From contig JAQGDQ010000225.1 of assembly GCA_030141605.1 (NCBI GenBank), positions 186,001-250,000 of the forward strand: a stretch of 64,000 bases of DNA, read 5' to 3'. The notes under the pieces are model-generated. The model searched no databases. It had not been told where the DNA came from and was given only the letters and a program-made list of their open reading frames with translations. Position numbers and translations under genes: made by a program. Of this stretch, positions 12,201-24,499 are shown piece after piece; positions within the stretch are counted from its first letter, which is position 1; every line of letters begins with the position of its first letter. The stretch is from Tubiluchus corallicola (lineage: Eukaryota > Animalia > Priapulida).

Positions 12201-15200
12201 TTTAAATTTTAGAAGCAGAAAACGGGTGTTTCTATTAAGCTGACTTTGCATCAGCTGCAACTATGCTGTCTTTAGTTTAGGCTAAATTAAATTCTTTAAA
12301 TTTGTTTTTAAAGTTTACAAAACTATTTTATTTGCCAAAAAAATTAGTAATTGCAGTCAATCATGCTGATAACACATACTATTTTTTTGTTGTTCTCACA
12401 ATATTTTTTTGTGTCGCAGCCCGAGTGAACGTCGGCCTCGACAAACATGAGGGACAAATTGTCATTGATCAAGTCTACGGCATCTCAGTTGATCAGATGT
12501 TTTGCAACTTGTTTAGTGATTCACCATTCTTCAGAGCATTCACCGTTAAACGGAAGATGGAAAGTAAGTGTTAGACATCTTACGGCTAAACTAGCGAGTT
12601 TTCTCGTCAACTAACTCGCAGGCGTGTTCACATCAGAGAGCAAAACTTACTACGTGTTACTCTTTGACAAAAAGTGCGACCTGACGCTCACTTCTCTGTT
12701 CGCTAAGAGAAGTGTCAAGAATAACTCGCTGAGGCGTTCATACTAGACACTAAATTCACACTCAGCAACTGTCGGAGAGTTTGCAGTTTCTACCAACAGT
12801 AACTTGCAAAGCAGTTTACACTTGCGAGTTTGCTGTTAGAGAGAGAAAACTCGCTAGTCTGAACGCGGCGTTAAGTGCATCCCTAACTAGCCATAAGCTC
12901 CTTCCAGACATTCTAACAGCAATGTATTAATGCTTGGCTTATTAAAAGTTTTTGACTTTTTAATGGAGTTCATGTGGTAACAGCTGCACAAAAATTACAC
13001 TTGACTGTTTGTCGGATGGTTGAGAAAATGTGATTTTTCAGTGGTAGCTCATCTCTCAAGGTGCTGCATGAAACTTGTTCATTTTGGCAACGATAAAGCT
13101 TAACCACGTCCTGTTCTTGCTCGGCACCAGATTCTGCTAATTAATAATGTTAGCAGCCATTTTGTTGCTTCCAAAGTCCTAAGAATAAAAGTCTGTAAAA
13201 ATGCATGTTATTAATGAGTTTTTGCTCTCCGGTCAGACATCATTTCGCACCCGACTAGAAAACATTGAGTTGCCTCTGTTTTTTGTCACCTTTAGAGACT
13301 ATGATTCAATTAATTAGTAAAAACTGTTAAAATAAATTCAGTATTTAAAAAGTTATAATATAACAAGCCCTACAATTGGTATAGTAATTCTTGAGAATAT
13401 GAGTGCAGTGTTCTAATTGGTCTGTGAAAGCAAAAAATTTTACACTCTTGATTTAGTAATATTTTCTCAAAATTATGGGTTTATAGACGATAATGTATTT
13501 TAAGTCAATTAGCTTAACATTGCCCTGTTCCAACTTTGCTTCCAAACAAAAATGTTACTTGCAATCGTTTCTTTTGTAAATTGTGAAGCAAAATCTTAAA
13601 TTCAATGTCACGCATTCTTTCATGCTGGTTCATCTTTTTATGGGTTTGTTTTTATCTCTGAGGTGCAATCCAGTTTGCAGGCTGCATCATTTTCTAGATA
13701 TTTTGTGTCTTCATAGATCTGAGTGTAGCTGCGTGGTTCGACGAAGATGATGGAAGCAAGCGTCGTGAAGTTTCATACACAATGACCGTATCGACATCAC
13801 TGGGCACCAAAGTCACATCTACCACAGAAAGTCAGGTACACTTAACTACATGATTGCACTAAAAAATGGCATCTTAGAAACTAAGATCGTCAAAGATATT
13901 TGCATTCTGAACTTAATAAATGCTTTCTGGCGAATTTGAAGTCCTTCAAAACACTCTTGATAAACAAAGCCTAAAAGAGCTTGCAAGCTCTGTATGCAAA
14001 GTAATCACTTACTTTGCATACAGAGCTTGTATTAGCAGTAACGCTGTATAAAACTTGTAAATCTAAACTCCCGAGATGACCGTTAGGTGCAGCTATGTTT
14101 TATAGTAACTGGGATGGCGATTTTATCAAATGGTGCGAACATTTTAAATTATTAAGATTTTTCTTTTCCAATTATGTAATAATTTCGAACAGGTAAGCAT
14201 AATGTAAAGTAATATAATTTTGTGTGAAAAGTTCTTTAGGATATACTTTAAAATTCCCTTTTCTGCTTTAAAGGGAATTTAAATGTTAGCTTTTCGCAAC
14301 CGTTATACCGGCAAGTTAAATTCCCTTTTCTGCTTTAAGGGGAATTTAACTTGCCGGTATAACGGTTGTGAAAAGCTAACATTTAAATTTAGTTGAATTC
14401 TGTTACAACAGTGGGGCCTCTTAGTGGACCTAACCTAAAGTTTGCAGCCCAAATTGGTGGCATTGGATGTTAGTTGCCAACATAGAGCTAAAATTAATTG
14501 AAAAACTAAGAGTTTCAACCTTTATAGTGTGGCTTCATAAAAAATTACATAATTTACAATTTGACTGGTGTTTTAGGTTACATTCCTTTAGTTAAGGAGG
14601 CCCTCCTTAGTTAATGCTAATTGTGAATTTTTAATGTTTATTTGAACAAGTCAAAAAGCTACAAAAATACAGAGAAAGTGCAAGAATTCTTATATTAGTC
14701 CACTTCCCATACTTTCAGTCTGAAGTGGATGTAGGTGTTCAAAATGCCAAGACGCATTGAGTAAGAAGCAGTACGTAAAGTGCGTAGAAAGGTTCGATAA
14801 GCTATATATATGACAAAAGTGTGTTTTAAGACAAAATTCATCCCAGCATGAGACACCAAATGTGTAAGAAGGAATATTATGTTAATATTCCCCTTTCTTT
14901 TGCAGATGGTCTATGGTAACAGTAGAGCTGGTAAAGTGTACATAGTACTAGCTGAGGTTGTCAGTTCCGGATTTCCGTACTGCGATGTTTTCTACATAGT
15001 CAACAATTACTGCATAACCAAAGTCTCACCGAAAGATTGTCATCTACTAGTGGCCTGTCGAGTTGTGTACAGAAAGCAGCCGTGGGGCCTAGTCAAGTGT
15101 AAGTTTTGTATTTGTTAGTGCATCAAATGCTAAAATCTGTACTGAGGACTTAAATAGGGGCACTGCTGCGGCTGTAAGAATTTATTGTACATGATACAAG

Positions 15201-18200
15201 TACAAAAAGAATTCTTGCTTCAAATATTGAACAGCACATATTAATAGAAGAACCGCCATTGATTGAAAGTATAACCAAGTAGTCACGATGTGTAATTAAG
15301 TATTGAAAGAACAAAATTGTAGCAGACCATCATTCAACAATAGAACAGAGCAATAGACAAGGCAAGATGACAGCTCCAGGGATGAGAATTTTCTGCGGAT
15401 ACGCGGAATTCCGAGTTTTTGGAAGACCAGTAGTGCCATTTTTGTAAATCGCGTAAATTCGTTGAGAAAATGTTTACGGACCCAGTACATTATTTCACAG
15501 GCTGACCGCTAGTTGGCAGACCGCCACTTTGTTTACATCACGTACATCAGTGTAACCACGTGTATATCTCTATGTATAAAAATGTAGAATCAATTGTGCG
15601 GAGTTATTTGAGTCAATTGCAGACAGTTTTTATATACTTTTGCATAGGAGCGGCCAGCGCATAGGCGTTTTTGAGAAAATTAGGTATCATGTATCCTTGA
15701 TGGTTAAGTATTTTAAATTATGCATGAAACAAGGTAATTGATATTTTAAGTCCACTTAGAGGCTCTCATGGTCACAAAATTGCAATTTCAACCCCATTAG
15801 TGGCCTAGGTGGCCCCAAAACCCCCGGCCTGTTTCAGAGTTTTTTGCAATTTGTCATTCTCATCCCTGGACAGCTCTACAGACTGTCATTACTGCCTTTC
15901 TAGCTGAAGCTAGTTTAATTCAAACACGTTTTATTTTAATTCGTAGTCTAAATGCCAGAATTGACGAATTTGTAATTAAGTTCAACCGAATGCGCTGATA
16001 ATTTCGGCTACACCTAAGTTTGGCTCTGTTGTCTAAGCTTGTTACACGGCGCTAACCTGCAGGCATGATGGCTGTTTGTTTACTGACTATACTTGTCTAT
16101 AATACAGTATGCTATTTAGTACACTCAATGCTCTCTACGACTTTAAAAATAAATATAAACCTACCTCAACCAACCAATTTGATCTTTTTAATGCTATTTG
16201 CATTTTACAATGTGTGTCAGCCGTTTGGTGTCCCATATTGAAAGTAAATTGATTCTTTTTCAGCGCTTATTGAAAAAAATGCATTCCAGGGAGCTGCAGA
16301 GCACTTTAGTTGTCTTGGTAAGTAAAGGATTTTCCATAAGAAGTTGTGAATTATTCGCTTTCATTTAAATTTTTGCTAAAAAAGAAATTAAGGAAAAGCT
16401 GCTCGATTTTTATGCGGTATCTCATTTTGACATGTTTTAAGTATTAATACAATAGTTGTCGACTTACGACCATAATCAGTTCCAATCAAACCAGTATTTT
16501 CGAGTGTTGGGCCCTTACACTCAAAATGTTGTGTGTGTACCACACACTAACTATGGTGGTGCCTACAGACGAATTTATTGAAATAGATAACAAGTTAAAA
16601 TTAATTTGCTTAAAAAATAGAAGGAAATGTAAATTACAATTAATTTTGTATAATTAATTAATTAAGTTGTGATTGTATCATAAAGTCAAGTAGTCTTTAA
16701 GTTGCACTGGTCATAAATCAATGACAACCTGTAGAAGTTTTAATAGCTATAATAATTACAAAGTATTTTTTATAAAAGTTATCATGTTTTCCTTTAAACT
16801 GCTCGAAAAACATCAACATGCCGTTTTTAATGCAATAGCCAACTTGAACAAACAACAGATTATTTGTTTTTCAAAAAAAGTCACAATTTTGCTGACACTT
16901 GGATTGTGACAGAATCAGTCCATCAACAACTGCTTAACAAATACACTTAAACTTATTGGTATTTGACTTCATACAATCGTTTCGGTTGTTGTAACCCATA
17001 TTTATCTGGTACAGATGACTGTTTGCAAAAAGAAGCCATCAAGTTGGAAAAAAACTGGGGCAAGAGGAGCGTGATTTTTACCGACCAAAATATTGGAGAT
17101 GTTGCGGGGAGTGAATCGATTGCCACCCTTCCAGCACGCGTGTCTCGTATCAAGTCATTCTCACATGGTTTGTATTTGTATTCATAAGCGAGTCAATTTT
17201 GTTTAGGGATGAGTGGAATAATGTCTCATCTCAAATATCTTCTGATGTACTGTTTCATCTTAAACATTTGATGTACTATCTCATCTTGAACATCTTATGT
17301 ACTGTCTCACCTTAAACGATTATCCTTTATCATTAGATTGGTTCAGTTCCTGCAACAATTATAACATAAATGTTCATTTCCTGTCATACTTATCAGTCAA
17401 TGAATCAATGAATATTGTTTAAATGCTGGTTTCATTTGAATAATATTATGTTTATCTTGCAGGTGTTCAGGAGGCAAAAGAAGCTGTGATCCATGGACTC
17501 GGCTCATCTGATGTGCTAGTGAAAGTTATATTGGTAATGTAAGTAACGATGTTGTCTTTTCACTTTCATTGTGCAACCGTCTGTAGTTCTCAATTTTACC
17601 CTGAAGTATAAAAATGAATTTTTTTTATTGATCTAAATGTCAAGACGCACGAGCAGGGCTTTGAGCGTAAACGCTGTAGCTTTCTTATTGAATTTTGTTT
17701 GCTTAAATAGTTGAATGATCTTTATCCAGCTGATGGTTAAGCAACTTGTTCGTTTTAAGAATAAGAACCTTGACTCTTCATTTTTTGTGTACTTGCTATT
17801 AGCAGTGTTCGGAGTTCGTTTTACATTGTAACACTCATAAATAGATACAATTTCCATGCATGAGTTAAAGAGACATACACTTGCTATTGTGTAATACAGG
17901 AAAACGATTGGTCAGTCACTATACAAATATTCTTTGATTGTAACAACCTAAAGTCCTGCACAGTTACTAAAACTGCTTTATTAACAGGTGATGGGGGTGT
18001 ATAAAACCTACTCTTCTAGCTCGGAGTAGACAGGGATGTAGAAGTGGTATAATTTGACGTTTTCAGCATTTTTTTATTCCAGTTTACTGATGCTGTTGTG
18101 CGTGAATGCCATGTTGTACTACCAGTTGCGATACATTGAAATGAGAGAGCGTCGGCGTATCGACCTTTCCAGGTAATTTCTGTATTCCTGCATGTAAGAT

Positions 18201-21200
18201 TTTTTTGCAATCTGCTGCTTAATCACTAAAAAATGAACTTGTGAAGTGTAAAATTATCCCTGTATATACGAAAGTTGTGATCCAAGCTTGCTTCTGCGAA
18301 TAAGGCAAACTTGTTTGAAATAAAAAGTGAGGCAAAACTATGTGTCACTTCAGCAAGTACAAATCATTTGTTTAGCAGCAAAAGTTCCGACAATTTCTTC
18401 AAACTCTGTTAATCATTACTCCATAGAGACACTTGACTTTTCTTACTCGACAATTCACACTATACGCCACTATCGGCCTATTAACAGGGGAATCATACTC
18501 CACATTGTCTTCTATATTTTAATTTTGTGTATCAAGACATAGTGTGAGATTAACCTGATAAAAACTTTAAAGCAATACTAAATTAGGAAGTCTGAAAGAA
18601 TTTGAATCTCCACCAAGACTCGAACCCAATACTTTTGACAACCGAATGGATTTTCATCAGAACCTGGCTAAAGTACACTTCGGCCAATTCATTATCTCAT
18701 TTTAGAAGCTTATTCAGCATAACAAGAACTAGGTACTGATCCTGGCACAACTATCAACGTAATATAGTAACACAGGAATATAATACAGGAAGGCTGTAAC
18801 ATTGAGTGTGGACTACTGGTTAGTAGTTGTCACATGGCATTCGGTTTGACACCAATGATAGTATTGAGGAAAACATAATATTCCCTACAATTATTTCCTA
18901 TGATTAGTCTTTTTTTATAATACACCCCTTTAAGTGAAATGTTGATGCCAAGAAAGCGATTATCTTGGAAATTAATAACAGTACATGTTTCATTTAGTAC
19001 GTGATGTTGTGGACCACGCAAGCAAATAATGAAAAGCTAAAAATTCTGAACTGAATTGATTTTTTATGTGCTGCCAGAATGAAGTGGGCAAATCAATCAA
19101 AATGCTGAACATGTGTTGTAACGTGCAGAGGAGATGGCTTCTTTTTGGAGGAAGAAAACAGAAATTTTCAATTTCTACTGCTTTAAACATTAAAAACGGA
19201 ATTTGGGTTAAATTAATTGTTTTAATTTGACCGAACTAAGCAGAAGGGACTAGTATTTATGTTACGTAACGTAATTTTGTTGTTTCTTTGGGAATTTAAT
19301 TTTTTGCAGATTGCAGTCGAATTACATTAGTCTTTTTATTCTACAAAATTAATGGGTCATGAAAGAAGACCTTGAGGCAAAGTATCTCCAGATCATGATC
19401 AGACCATCGCCACAACTGTCACAATCAAGACAACACAAACTACGCCTTTTACGACAATCGAAACATTTCCAAACCAGAAAAACATTTACGACCAATCTTC
19501 TGTGATACAGTATAACTCGAGCACCTCGGGACTGAAAAATTTGTTCGAGTTATGCGAGGATACGAGTTAGACAACATTCGTAAGAAAACAAGATTGAGTC
19601 ATTCGTCAATGCGCCTTTTACAACAATCGAAACATTTCCAAACCAGAAAAACATTTACGACCAATCTTCTGTGATACAGTATAACTCGAGCACCTCGGGA
19701 CTGAAAAATTTGTTCGAGCTATGCGAGGATACGAGTTAGCCAACATTCGTAAGAAAACAAGATTGAGTCATTCGTCAGTGTGACAATACACTACACCACG
19801 TGGAAATGACAAACTGAGGCTTTAATCAAATATCAAACAACAGTTTTTATGAATAATCAAAAATTACCGATCCATCTCTATTGTAGTTTGAGTAGCATGG
19901 TTAATAGAGTTCGGCAATAATAATATTGTGATATAGTTACTAAACAACATTCGTAAAGTCATGTTGTGTTCAACCTTCTGCTAAGGTAATACAAGAAATC
20001 TTAGCATTTTTGCTGAAACTAGCAGTTAAAATCGTAATGTGACGCACGCTTTCACGTAGGATTTCTCACTTGGGAGGCTGTTCGAGATAAGCAGGATAGT
20101 TTCACTTAGATTCTTATAAATTGTACCGGGAATTCGGTTCGAGTTATGTGATGTTTGGTAAAGAGAAAAATGAAAGGAAAAATGTGTTCCATGAGATCAG
20201 TTGGAGGTACGCAAGAATTCGAGTTATAACGGGTCTAGTTATATGTAATTTACTGTACTTGAAAATATTGTTTTTTCAGTTTGCCCACCAGTGATGCGGA
20301 ATGGGGGAAAGTGTTAGACAGGCAGAACCAGTTGCATGAGTTGGAGGTGAAACGTTGGAAAGAGATTATAGACATGACTGTACAAATGGTGGATAAGGTA
20401 ATTATGGTAGCTATGCGGCATGAAATTGTATCATTTGAACGTCCAGGAGTCACTGCCGTTTACTGCAACGCAATTATGTTGCACTCAAAAGCAGAACTTA
20501 ACCTTCACAGTAAAAGCAGTTTTAGCTGCTTGAACAAAATTCTCGATGCGTTCTGGCACCGGAAGCTCAGAATGGCTTTGAAGGAAAAATTTGCTCTCAG
20601 GAAGTAGCTTGTAATATTTAAGGTGTTCCGTAGACAATTACTGTCAATTTATGCAGTAACTGTGATGTGATTTGATATTCGAATGTGCAACTATTTCCAG
20701 TTAGGGGATAACCTGCAGAGGCGGATTAATGATTTTTAACAGGACTTTTGCTAACAACAAATGAAGGGCATAAACGTATTGATGTTGCACAACTAGGTCA
20801 ACTCTACATCCTGAACTATACTGCTCATCCTGAGATTTATTCACACATAATATTTGTGCACAAAACTGTATCTATTTAGTTAAATATTAGCTTATTAATA
20901 AAGTATCAGACCCATGCATAGGTCAGATTGCTATCAAACTTTTCAGAAACTATTAAAAGTCTCACGAAGCTCTTTTTTAATTTTTGGATCGACTTAACAG
21001 TTTTTGTTTGTACCCTGATGAATGGGAACAATTTTGTTTGTCCCGCCCTTTTGTCTGGGTTGACCAAATTGCGAGTTGCTGTTCATCAGTCTCAGCACTC
21101 CAGAGCCTATCAAAATTTAGAGCCTTATTAGCCTAATGGTTAATTTGCCCCTGATACCTTGGTATAGTGCTGCATCACAGAACTTAGGTCCTGCACAATT

Positions 21201-21413
21201 TGTGTAACTCTGTCGATCGCACTTACATTTTTGCCCATAGATAAATATCTAATCATTTAAGCTGATGAAAAATCTGCTCATTTACGTACAAAATGGTTGC
21301 CTGACTTTTATGTTCACTTCTTTATTGTTTCATCTCTTTTCTTTTTGTTTTCTTAGATGCAAGTTTCCCTAAAGGAACTCAAGAAAGCTTACGAGATTGT
21401 TACAAACACATAG
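147..21413 (+). CDS. GRAMD1B: GRAMD1/Aster-family ER-anchored sterol transfer protein (GRAM, VASt/StART-like, TM helix, C-terminal amphipathic/coiled helix), about 607 aa, 15 coding exons
   Basis: Hand-traced GT-AG exons with compatible phases: 147-221 (candidate first exon), 6457-6541, 7087-7190, 8290-8466, 9347-9514, 11035-11245, 12420-12563, 13717-13835, 14906-15098, 16264-16317, 17015-17167, 17463-17538, 18083-18172, 20280-20397, 21357-21413 (TAG). Sum 1824 nt. GRAM motif: VLNPTYKSRSEDFKKLFKDLPDTERLLVDYSCALQKDILVHGRLYMSQSWLCFYANIFRWET...KEKTARVIPNALQV...FFTSFGARD. Also ELWQWVHQSYGDELGLTSDDDDYVPP, VASt motif GFPYCDVFYIVNNYCI...VYRKQPWGLVKSLIEKN, TM LVKVILVILLMLLCVNAMLYYQL, and tail LPTSDAEWGKVLDRQNQLHELEVKRWKEII. 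The B paralog suffix is nominal. Confidence 0.93.
1050..3421 (-). mobile_element. 5'-truncated RTE-clade non-LTR retrotransposon, antisense in GRAMD1 intron 1
   Basis: RT ORF 1064-3022 (KAAGEDQITAELLK, NWRGITL, QAGFRKGRSC, FIDFKKAFDSVHR, GVKQGCIMSPFLF, LDFADD, FSYLGS, GKRKRGRPKTTW). Upstream APE endonuclease C-terminus FAHKTIHKKTWRSPDG..NEIDYI..RGADVGSDHHLV is joined by one frameshift near 3220. Short TAAGG/TCTAAGG tail. Candidate 8-bp TSD AGAGTAGA (1042-1049 and 3422-3429). Confidence 0.93.
1064..3022 (-). CDS. Reverse transcriptase ORF of the RTE element (652 aa from an internal Met; the frame stays open upstream to about 3220)
   Basis: Uninterrupted RT motifs including FADD, followed by an RTE-type C-terminal domain (RRMKLAGHILR, RGRPKTTW). 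Confidence 0.9.
   Translation of the reverse strand: MWIQEKTWELIDERKKTKQMRDQAKTPESRSQANEQYQLADRAVKRRCRRDKNEWFEKKGEEAQLAASHNDTKTLYRIVKDLTGTGGTPAVPVKNKSGVTLTTTEQQNARWVEHFKEVLNQPNPTTLFNFENEIGQQQLDVRLDNISELEVETAIKKLKNNKAAGEDQITAELLKHGNKGITRSMTKLLNSCWKQQKVPEDWRNGVIVKLPKKGNLTDCNNWRGITLMSIPGKVLSIVLLDRLRDAVDIRLREQQAGFRKGRSCCEQIFTLRNIIEQCMEFQQPLLINFIDFKKAFDSVHRQSLWKIASLYGFPQKFISTIQNFYQNSGCCIRTQEGNTEYFTIETGVKQGCIMSPFLFLLTIDFIMNKAVDGKDLGMQWKQQQRLADLDFADDIALLETSKESLQQLTTSMEEVAGKIGLRISQEKTKVLKVWTNQQNDVHITVGGQMVKNVTSFSYLGSVMTCNGGTENDIRGRIGKATAVFRKMGKIWTSKKIDMKIKLRLYNAIVLPTALYASETWKVTAELSKKLNVFHQKCLRKILKISYRDHVTNVEVLQRAQSLRLQDIVTERRMKLAGHILRLSESRYAKTAVQWEPPGGKRKRGRPKTTWRRSFKEDLRAVNRRWENVENEAADRTQWKMLSAQCASMRRKD
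3535..3700. repeat. Two-copy tandem duplication, unit about 79-86 bp
   Basis: ACACAGCAGT...TAGATACAGCTA...GTAGCTTGTCAGCACCACTTCCATTACTGCCCTTGGAACAAGCCAC occurs twice, with small indels. Confidence 0.85.
6745..7005. repeat. Degenerate (ATG/ATA/GAT)n trinucleotide low-complexity tract
   Basis: Intronic tract; produces the spurious Ile/Met-rich ORFs 6723-6953 and 6802-7206. Confidence 0.8.
8500..8745. mobile_element. Non-autonomous foldback-like element with a GGGTTA/GGATTA telomere-like core
   Basis: Core of degenerate TTAGGG/TTAGGA/TTAGAG units (about 8575-8712) flanked by inverted ACAATTCTCCACAC and GTGTGGGGAATTGT. Confidence 0.55.
10240..10841. mobile_element. hAT-type MITE
   Basis: Imperfect TIRs CAGTACCATAGCAAG / CTTGCTATGCCTCTG; perfect 8-bp TSD ATCTAAGC (10232-10239, 10842-10849). 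Confidence 0.85.
12583..12870. mobile_element. PIF/Harbinger-type MITE, copy 1
   Basis: Inverted ends ACTAGCGAGTTTTCTC / GAGAAAACTCGCTAGT; TTA TSD (12580-12582, 12871-12873); colinear homolog at 50922-51201. Confidence 0.8.
14251..14389. repeat. Near-perfect inverted repeat (about 50-bp arms) with a duplicated loop mini-hairpin
   Basis: Arm 14276-14325 is the reverse complement of 14340-14389 apart from one G.T pair. The loop module AAATTCCCTTTTCTGCTTTAA(A/G)GGGAATTT also occurs at 14251-14280. Confidence 0.9.
15377..15868. mobile_element. hAT-type MITE (young)
   Basis: Perfect 13-bp TIR CAGGGATGAGAAT / ATTCTCATCCCTG; perfect 8-bp TSD GACAGCTC (15369-15376, 15869-15876). Confidence 0.92.
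19443..19778. repeat. 169-bp two-copy tandem duplication spanning a MITE junction
   Basis: Units start at 19443 and 19612 and differ at only a few positions. Each contains TACAGTATAACTCGAG, the left end of the downstream element. Confidence 0.9.
19676..20258. mobile_element. Tc1/mariner (pogo/Tigger-like) MITE
   Basis: TA|CAGT...ATAACTCGA left end and TTCGAGTTAT...TTACTG|TA right end, with repeated internal TTCGAGTTAT/TTCGAGATAA subterminal motifs. Confidence 0.65.
20716..21153. mobile_element. hAT-type MITE (older)
   Basis: TIRs CAGAGGCGGATTAA / TTAATTTGCCCCTG; degenerate 8-bp TSD ATAACCTG / ATACCTTG. Confidence 0.65.
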
Positions 21414-24291
21414 CTTAGCTTGTGATAACTAATGCAGGGACGTCTGGTAAATCTCAGCTTGGTGCTATCACTTTGCGCTCCATATTCATGCTCACAGATT
21501 AGAAGCGCACTATTGATCGATTTGGACCTTTTCACGCTCTCCTTTGATGAGGGGAGAAGCAACGATGGAAGAGTTTTGCTTTCGAATTTTTACATTCCAT
21601 GAATCGTTTTAATATTATTTAGTTGAACATTTATAACGTTGCTTGCACTGTTTTTAACGTTATCTTAGTGCGAAAGTTTTGGCATAATTCTAGTGCCCAC
21701 AAAGAATTTTTAGTTACAAATTTGCATAATAGTTAATGGAGAAAGAATCTCTTAAAATCTGATATGTCAGTAAGCCTGCTAGTTGTTCTGTGACCTTGAT
21801 GTTTTTCCTATTATTCTCTGAAGATAAACTGGGCCCTGGTTTAAGATTTCAGTTCAGATTGAGCAAACGAAAGGTGTTTATATGTTATAGAGGTTTCAGA
21901 AGAGACAGTGTAGTTGAAACATGTTGACGTGTAGATGATAGCAGAAAGAAATGTTTTGTGGACTTCTGCATTATGTAGAGTACAAACGATTTCAAATTTT
22001 CCATTTTTGATTTTAATTGATAGTTTTTGATTCTGTACTATGCACTTTCGATTTTTGTATGGAAAAGGCTTTCAAATTACGCGACTCTGTTTCTTGGTTT
22101 GGTCATCAGTATATTTACCCCCAACTATCAGTCATTGTGCAAATTATACACAACACAAGTACTGGGATTTTTGATGATCTCAATGAAAAATTTCCACTCG
22201 AAAGTTCTTTTACTCTCGTACACCGATTTTACACGACCAGGAGAATCCAATTTTTTGTGAAAACATACTTTGGATGGAATTACCAGTGCACTGTTTATCT
22301 TCAGCTGATGAACGACATCGTTGGTTGAAAAATCGGCATGCAAATGGAAGCGCCCATACATAACCAAAAGAAATGATCGCAACTTTAATATGATTTTATC
22401 AATTACATAAGGCGCTTCTCACACTTTTATTACAAAATCATTCTAGATAAGCCTAATATCAGACTTGTTCTATCCTATAAAATTGGAAAAAAATTTTAGT
22501 CGTAACAGTAAGCTGGTTTCCAATTTTCAAGAATCGCTGGTGATTCGATAATCATTTGTACTTTAGCATTATGGCAGTTATATTTGCACAATTCCATTTG
22601 TTTTCAACGACGTTACTATATAAATTGGTTTCAGCTTTTTCTACATTCCATTCAGCACATTTTTGTTACACTGCCTTTTCGGCAACACCTTGTATTTTCA
22701 ACTGTTTCTTTTAGTTCCAGTTCTCTTAGTGTCAGCGAAGATTATTGGTTATTACAAAGCAAACAGTGCAGTTTAAATTTTAAGTTCTTTCTACCTGGTT
22801 CCGTGTTTGTCTTGCTCAAACCCATAAACTAATAAGCCTGCTTGCCTATGACTTGAAACAGCAAACACTTCAATAATTGTAAGACCATTGGCTACAAGGA
22901 TGATATAGTTTTGGGCTTGCCATGGTTGTTTGAGACAGTTTTATCTTGGTCAACTAGCTAAATCGTTGAGCTAGGGTGCTAGGAATGGCGAGTAACTCTG
23001 GTTCACAGAATCTTATCCCATAAGCTTAGCATATGATAGTGTAATTCAAACATTGGACATCCTTTTGATTTGCAGTTTTTTTATTTTTTAAGCATTTGTT
23101 TATGTTGTTGTTATATATTCAAAATTTCCAACTTGATTTGATTTGACACACACAGCACTACTGCACTGAAATCTTTTGATATACCCAGACAGGTTACAAA
23201 AACTTTTTGTACTGCTACAGCAGAGAGGACAAATAGATAAAACGGTCTAGATAAGTTTAAAATTGAGCTAATTGACTCCCATTAAAATTTGGGATGAACT
23301 GAAGTCGGTCCCCTAAAATAGTTTCAGCAATTCATAGTGTCGGTCAATCCAGAAGTTATATTTTACATAGCCAAACCTTTTCTTATGATAACTCAAGCTC
23401 ATTATTGATATTGCAGTTGTACAATGCTATTGTCAAACGTATTGTAGCTAATTAGAAAGCCTACATTTCTATCTTTTATATAACTTGTGTTTGACTCAAA
23501 AATGTTTAACTTTTTGCCACTTTAATTGCTACTACAGTGATATACCAAAGTGGGAACGGCAACGGCTGGCAAACAATGCACGCTAACTGACCGTAATTGT
23601 GATATATTACAGATTGTACAAATGTTTACACGTGTTCATATTATATATATATATAATATATATTTTAGTTTGATCTCATTTTCATGTTCATGATGTCGTT
23701 GTTATTTAAAAATGCATAGTAAAAATGCAAAACAGTATAAATCCTTGTACACATACAGCGCTACAGATAAAAATTTTACGTAACTTAACTGGCATTTGCT
23801 ACACAAAGCTGCAGAAGTACAACCCCCGGCAGGTAGCAAATACTACCCCTTTTTGCAAGATATAACCTACCAAATGTTCGTAAATGTGCCCTGAATCTGT
23901 CAAAACTGTTAAATAGTATAGCTAGGACTATAACCAATTAACCATGCATATTGCTTGAAACTTGCAAGCTTTTGTGTCTATCAAGCAGTCCGAACTTGTC
24001 TACTGTAGAAGTTAAGGCACAATCAATGAGATTCTTTTATACTTGCCTTTTTGCACAAAACTTCAAATTTCTGTTTCGAAAATTTGTGGATTTAGGCTTT
24101 ACTGTTATTGTTGTTTCACTGTTAAAAGTATTTATTAGCTGACACTGTGTGTCTGGCATATCATCTCACTCTGTTGTTGAATTGATTGTTTTACACATAA
24201 TATAATAATTACAATGTGGTACTGGATACCATTTTAAAGTACTCTGTCATGCAATATGTTAACTGTCATAATAAACTTCATACAAATACAT

Positions 24292-24420
24292 ACTTTACAG
24301 ATTTATCAATTTTTGTTCTTTTGTCAAAAAATAATCTCGTTGAGAAAAGCCGGCAACTTTACAGATTTATCAATTTTTGTTCTTTTGTCAAAAAATAATC
24401 TCGTTGAGAAAAGCCGGCAA
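24292..24420. repeat. Perfect 64-bp tandem duplication
   Basis: ACTTTACAGATTTATC...GAGAAAAGCCGGCA at 24292 and 24356. Confidence 0.9.
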
Positions 24421-24490
24421 GCACACACGCAAAATTTTTACATATTTTTTCAACATTTACATAAATCTATAAAATTGAAAATTGTTAAGA

Positions 24491-24496
24491 AATAAA
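24491..24496 (+). terminator. Candidate poly(A) signal of the GRAMD1-like gene (implies about 3 kb of 3'UTR)
   Basis: AATAAA at the end of an AU-rich, largely TE-free tract downstream of the stop; TE debris starts immediately after it. Confidence 0.4.
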
Positions 24497-24499
24497 TGT

